In this document: in pieces, positions 60,201 to 64,000 of the stretch
How the letters are laid out: the number at the start of each line of letters is the position of its first letter
How positions within the stretch are numbered: the first letter of the stretch is position 1
From: Diplonema japonicum
Lineage: Eukaryota > Protista > Euglenozoa: Diplonemea
NCBI GenBank assembly: GCA_964019335.1
Contig: OZ025690.1
Location: 434,001 to 498,000, forward strand
Direction of reading: 5' to 3'
DNA length: 64,000 nucleotides
The notes under the pieces: model-generated
What the model was told of the DNA's origin: nothing
Database searches by the model: none
What the model saw: only the letters and a program-made list of their open reading frames with translations
Made by a program: the position numbers and the translations under genes

Positions 60201-63200
60201 AAGAAGTCGCCTCGCTCCATTGATTGCGACATTCACACAGACAGCGCTGCTGATCAGAGCTCGCCTGGACAGCCATCGCTTTGTTGTTGCAGTGCCTGCC
60301 CACATCACATAATGTACACGTAGGGTACGAGATGCGATTGGCACTGCAAGCACCGCAATCAGAATGTGCATCGTAAATACTAGGGCAGATATCACAATTA
60401 GGGCCCGTCCAGTGGTTCCTGCAGAAGCACACACAAGATACTTCGTCTATTGCAGTTACATTATGAGCATGATCTGAGCAGTGCAGAGAAACGCTGCATT
60501 TGTAGCAAGTGGGATACGAGACATGTCCAACCGCACATGAAGCACAGCTATTCTCTTCGTAAATAGGACTGCAGTGGTCACAAGAGGCACCCGCCCACTC
60601 CCCAGCGCAATCGCACACACACATGTCGAGCTCAGACGTCACAGCCACAGCTCGTCCATTGCAGTGCTTTGCTGTGGTGCACTGCTCGCAAGTAGGGCCC
60701 ACGTACCCCGTGGCACAAGTCGCACACGTCAGTTGATTGTACTGTACAGGACATAAGTTGCAAGTGTCACCAGTCCAGTGGACGGCACAGCTGCAGGTGC
60801 ACAAGGTATTATTGCCGTTGGAAGTCACTGTGCGTGCATGACCCGAGCAGTAGGCATCGTTGGTACATTTTCGACATGCCGGGTAGTTGATGTGCCCAAC
60901 AGCGCACTGATTGCACTTCTTACCTGTGAAACCAGTATTGCACCCTTCTTCCGGGGGCGTTTCAGGTAAGCTCTTGCCATCGCAAAGTGGACGCGCCACG
61001 TACGTGACAAGGGGCGCTCTGGTACAGATGTAACTATCGAATTCCGTGTTAATGACGCCATTGCCTGCAACAGAGACAAACTGGCACGTGTGCCAATCGT
61101 CGCCGTTCTTTTTCCACGACGTGCCTGAACACCCATATGTTTCCTCACACATCTTGCGGCACTCATCTGCAGAGGAGGCAGGGCGTGGCACTTCTTTGTA
61201 CATGCTCTGGGACCTCCAGTCCAGCGACTGCTGGATAGCTTTGTTCGACAGTATCGACCATGTGCATGGGGCAATGGGTCGCTTGCAAACCATACTGCTG
61301 AAGAGGCCTGAAGCCACACCCCGTCCTACTTTCGCGACGAAGAAGCACTTGTGGTACTGCGGGTGAGACGGGTCGTCTTTACGCCATGAGAAACCTATGC
61401 AGTCCTCCATCCCTTCGCACAAGATTTGACACTCTGCAAATGTCGCAGCATCGCTATGCAAGGCATACGACGAGTCTTCAGCAAGACTGTCGTAGTCCTT
61501 CATCAGTGCTGTGTTGTCCATCACCACCCAGTCACAGGCAATGTTTAGTGTGCTCCCCTCACATGCACAACTATGTTTCACTCCATTTTCGTCTTTCGCA
61601 CAGTGCTCGTTGTTACTACACGTATTAAGGAAATTACATGTTACGCCAGATGGCTCCCTGCAAGACTGTTTACTTAGCAAGCACTCAGGTACTTCACCAG
61701 GTGGTGTCATACACAAGCATTCCGACTTATCAGCACTTGGCCTTGCACTGTGAGCATTGCTGTTGCAATGGTCCAGGTCACAAATCGTGCAGTTGTTCCC
61801 TGCAAAGTCTTTTTTGCAAGTACCACAGTCCAATTGCGGATCAAAGCCATGCCGGCAGACACTACACTTATCACCCTCCCACTTGTTCCTGCACGTACAC
61901 GTACACTGCGTGCTGTTCGGTTCCGATCCGACAGCTGAGGCATGCCCGCTGCAGTGGGTGTCGAGGGAGCACGGAAGACACAGCCCGCCCACCTCGACGA
62001 AGCCAGCCGCGCACACCGGGGAGATCCCGCTGCAGTCGTAGTTCGGGGGACAGATCCCACAGGCCGATCCCGTCCAAGGTACCTTGCACACACAGACGCA
62101 CTCATCGTTCGCAACGTATTCATCGCTGGAGTGCCCGTTGCACGCGGCCCCGTCGCACAACTTGTCGCACACGGGCCACCCGTGCAAGCCCTCGCTGCAC
62201 CCGTCGCACTCGTCTCCGCCATACTGCGAGGGACACACGTCGCACCCCTCCCCAGTCCACTGGTTCGAGCATCCACTCGAGTTGCACACACAACGCTGCT
62301 GCCCAGCATCCGTAGACACGAGAACAGCCCGTCCAGAACAGTCCGCACCGTTGTCACAGGCCCGACACCCAGCCTCGCTCTGCACCGAGATGTGAAGGGA
62401 AGAACACCCATCGCAGGTAGGCCCGTTTTCCTCGAAGCGGGTTGGGCAGGTCTCGCATTGAGAACCCTCCCACCTCCCGGTACAGGTGCAAACACACTGC
62501 GAGTGGGTCTCGTCAGAGGTCACAGAGGAGGCGTGGCCTGAGCAATCCCCTCCCACAGTGCAAGCCCTGCAGCTCGCTCCTTCCCACACGTGTCCAACAG
62601 AGCAGGTTGCACAGTTCGGGGGAGAGTAGGCCGCAGGACACCCACAGTCGCAGCCTGTTTGGGTCGCGTTCGCCGAAGAGCTCCCGCGCCCGCTGCAGTG
62701 TCCGACAGAGGTGCACGGGACACAGGCCTCGCCGACAGAGATGTGGTTCGAAGCACAACCGTCGCAAGTGGGTCCTGCAAAGGTGGCCGCACAAGAGGAA
62801 CAGTTGGATCCCGCCCACCTTGTCGTGCAGGAACACAAGCACTCGGTGCCCCCAGAGCCCACAGTCGCAGTCACAGCCCTCCCGTTGCAGGAGGCATCTA
62901 CACTGCACACCTTGCACTCCGGATAGTCGAACCTCCCAACAGCACACTCCCTGCACCCAGACCCAAGGGAGTACTCCTCAGGGCACACCTCGCAGTGCAA
63001 ACCGGTCCAACTGTCCACGCAAGCCCCGCAGCTGCAAGCATTGTTGTTCCCAGTCACCTGCGCCCCAGAGAGCAGGCGGCCGTTGCAGTGGTCATCGTTC
63101 GTGCAAGCCGAACACATCGGATAGCCAGACCCGAAGCCCACACCGCACGCCCCGCAGTCAGCTGAGGCATCGAAGCGCCCAGGGCAGACAGAGCAGTCGG

Positions 63201-63999
63201 GACCGCCCCATTGGTTTCGGCAGCTGCAAGAACAGGTCGTCCCGTCGCTCGTCACCCCGGTTGCGTGCCCAGAGCAGTCACCGCTCGTCGTGCACTGCCG
63301 GCACTCGGGGTGGTTCGTCCTCCCGTTCGCACACGTCCCGCAATCCAGAGAGGAGTTGAAGCGTCCCTCGCACACAGAACAGTCGTCCCCACTCCACATT
63401 GCACGACAGGTGCATGAACACCCGTTGATCTGCACCGCGTGCCCGCTGCAGTGCGTCTCTGTAGTGCACTCCGCACAAGCAGGGTATCCGGTGTAGCCGA
63501 AAGAACAAGCCCCACAGTCTTTTGCAGGGTCGTACCGAACAGGGCACTCGTCGCACCGCACACCTTCCCAGAACCCGGGGGCATCACAGCTGCACACGCA
63601 CACCCTGCTCCCTCCCCTCACCTCGATACCTGCCGAGGAGGCCCGACCGTTGCACTGGGCCGTCGTGCAAGGCTCGCAGGTAGGGTAGTTGTCCAAGCTT
63701 GTGGGGGCACACTCGCTGCAGTTCGATCCCGTGAACCTCGAAGGACACGTCCCGCAGTTCGTCCCGGTCCACTGGTGCCAGCACTCGCACTCGCAGGTGC
63801 TCCCGTCGCTCTTTGCAACTGAGTTCCCGTGGTTGCTGCAGTCTCCCTGCACACACTTTCGACACCCACCGGTCCCGTCCCTCGCGTACCCGGCGTCGCT
63901 GTCGCACTGCTCACAAAGCCTCCCTTTAAAGCCAGCTGCACAAGTGCAAACACACAATGTCTTTTGACTATTCGATGTCACCCACGTTGCCTCACCTAT
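21262..63999 (-). CDS. Giant Cys-rich single-pass surface protein, at least about 14,130 aa, 5'-truncated by the window. Exons 63999-25144, 25107-24994, 24769-23636, 23586-23516, 23479-21262
   Basis: The frame is open to the window edge (IGEATWVTSNS...), so GTG 63981 is not the start. Four GT-AG introns join the pieces in frame and restore continuous LamG (NKFHFLAMSFV|VVDTHTVLTVCVN) and REJ-like (VDFKQ|YSWHV) domains. The protein ends in a TM helix, VYLFVVLFVVVVLLFLITASFCCYL (about 21349-21423), and a 28-aa tail. Confidence 0.88.
22012..22125 (-). other. Degenerate GPS motif (end of a GAIN-like domain) in the giant protein
   Basis: CLTSTSEGWKQQGARTTSVADESVVCSIDHLPATVAAF follows the C...W...G(C)......C.C.HL(T/S).FA pattern, with Pro in place of the T/S nucleophile. 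Confidence 0.6.
22960..23586 (-). other. REJ/PKD-like domain of the giant protein
   Basis: YSW....; LRVKPGVLQGGVTYVFRLCV; VVVEMPPVVGTV; GVALTSPWSFT; PPFQYRLSY; IILP; VKDARG, as in REJ modules of the polycystin-1 family. Confidence 0.7.
23480..23515 (-). other. Intron 4 (36 nt, phase 2, in frame, no stop codon)
   Basis: GTATGGCCGTTTAATAAACAACAACAACCACAACAG. Removing it deletes a low-complexity 12-residue GRLINNNNHN-containing stretch and gives FKQYSW. Confidence 0.7.
23587..23635 (-). other. Intron 3 (49 nt, phase 0)
   Basis: GTTTGC...AATCAACAG, AT-rich, resolves the frame change between ORFs 23603..24862 and 21262..23826 (VSHE|TVPQ). Confidence 0.85.
23680..24235 (-). other. Second LamG/ConA-like domain of the giant protein
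   Basis: MTMSVWVRV...VVGK......GYRISI.....VF......LDTWYYLSLV.D...VTFCVD. Confidence 0.7.
24323..24547 (-). other. IPT/TIG domain of the giant protein
   Basis: PYLVGLSPRVVNWKGGNVVRATGVNI......VTVDGKQATITSVAATYIEFQAP. Confidence 0.8.
24770..24993 (-). other. Intron 2 (224 nt, phase 0)
   Basis: Donor GTATGC, in-frame TAA at +7, A-rich 3' end ...AAAACAAAACACAG. Confidence 0.85.
25108..25143 (-). other. Intron 1 (36 nt, phase 0)
   Basis: GTATGTTCACGCCAATACTTATGTAATCCATGACAG contains the TGA that ends the 12,956-aa ORF. The downstream 114-nt exon (DHTATVRMAG...FHFLAMSFV) is open in frame. Confidence 0.85.
25970..26440 (-). other. Cadherin-like domain of the giant protein
   Basis: FALSS......LFAVDRYTGDVRI.........FTLKVQVTNAFG.......LVII; a weaker copy at about 26480-26780 (FIDPEGSMVL...GTYVLDAIA). 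Confidence 0.6.
27439..27801 (-). other. C-type lectin domain of the giant protein
   Basis: CGDDWHLFSDTCY......WEEAKLSC....ATLVEVKS...IW....WTWSDG....YTNW..GRP....RCAAM......WVDLPCS....WIC. Confidence 0.9.
38195..49192. repeat. Near-perfect tandem repeat, period 4467 bp (1489 codons), about 2.46 units, inside the giant exon
   Basis: Identical ORF-track translations recur at +4467 and +8934. Boundaries were checked at 38195/42662 and 44725/49192. One difference seen: T at 40173 and 44640 versus C at 49107. Confidence 0.95.
51062..51861. repeat. 800-bp cassette C, also at 44855-45654 and 40388-41187
   Basis: Identical translations at offsets 6207 and 10674; ends checked by eye. Confidence 0.9.
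53305..55632. repeat. 2328-bp copy of cassettes A+B, matching 47116-49443
   Basis: Offset 6189 bp (2063 codons); identical translations. Confidence 0.92.
55680..56207 (-). other. Two PAN/apple-like domains in the giant protein
   Basis: ATSALHCLTYCKANSRCQFWTWKVSTKKCYLK...RISGPKDC and AYECQQCCES....GCCYW.....WCRFY. Confidence 0.75.
56525..57440 (-). other. Two galactose-binding-like (F5/8 type C / discoidin-like) beta-sandwich domains
   Basis: Cys-poor insert with L.L.....I/V.SV.I/V, then I.VS.DG..W (ITVSSDGIAW, AYVSTDRGRTW), then VRHMRL/VTHIKL patterns. Confidence 0.6.
61026..61540 (-). other. Tandem pair of PAN/apple-like domains in the giant protein
   Basis: AECQILCEGMEDCIGFSW.......KCFFV and DECRKMCEETYGCSGTSW......TCQFV. 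Confidence 0.75.
61883..63915. repeat. 2033-bp copy of cassette A (fifth copy in the window)
   Basis: Offset 8574 bp (2858 codons) from 53309-55341; identical translations. Confidence 0.92.
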
Positions 64000-64000
64000 G

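Noticed and set aside
38245-63953. Recurrent 100-305 aa ORFs on other frames and the plus strand, repeated five times
   Set aside because: They are by-products of the identical cassettes within the giant exon, not a mobile element; no transposase or RT motifs, TIRs or TSDs.
63979-63981. GTG start assigned to the 12,956-aa ORF
   Set aside because: The frame is open upstream to the window edge and lies mid-repeat; there is no signal peptide.
1-64000. CRISPR arrays, tRNA/rRNA genes, spliced-leader RNA gene, telomeric arrays
   Set aside because: No repeat-spacer periodicity, cloverleaf, rRNA, SL-like or (TTAGGG)n sequence was recognised.

Overview
Eukaryotic nuclear DNA, most likely a euglenozoan and probably a diplonemid. 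This is an inference from a BILBO1-type N-terminal domain, strictly co-directional genes, and short GT-AG cis-introns. Every credible gene is on the minus strand; the GC-richer coding blocks are separated by homopolymer-rich A/T spacers. The left 20 kb holds an ammonium transporter, a BILBO1-like coiled-coil protein, a bacterial-type NRAMP-related transporter (DAGS/QPW motifs), a cupin, a His-rich-domain plus C-type lectin membrane protein, an SGNH/NXPE-like acyl-esterase and several hypothetical proteins. The right 43 kb is one gene, truncated at its 5' end by the window edge. The three largest ORFs plus a 114-nt exon missed by the ORF track join through four GT-AG introns (36, 224, 49 and 36 nt) into a single-pass membrane protein of at least about 14,130 aa. 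It has a very long Cys-rich laminin-EGF-like stalk with inserted PAN, galactose-binding-like and small Cys modules. The C-terminal part reads C-type lectin, cadherin-like, LamG, IPT, LamG, REJ-like, degenerate GPS, TM helix and a short tail, which resembles a polycystin-1 ectodomain. The exon of at least 38.9 kb is a mosaic of near-identical kilobase cassettes (a 2-kb block five times, a 4467-bp tandem repeat) interleaved in register with deeply diverged segments, suggesting segmental duplication and gene conversion. Domain calls come from motif recognition by eye, not from searches.
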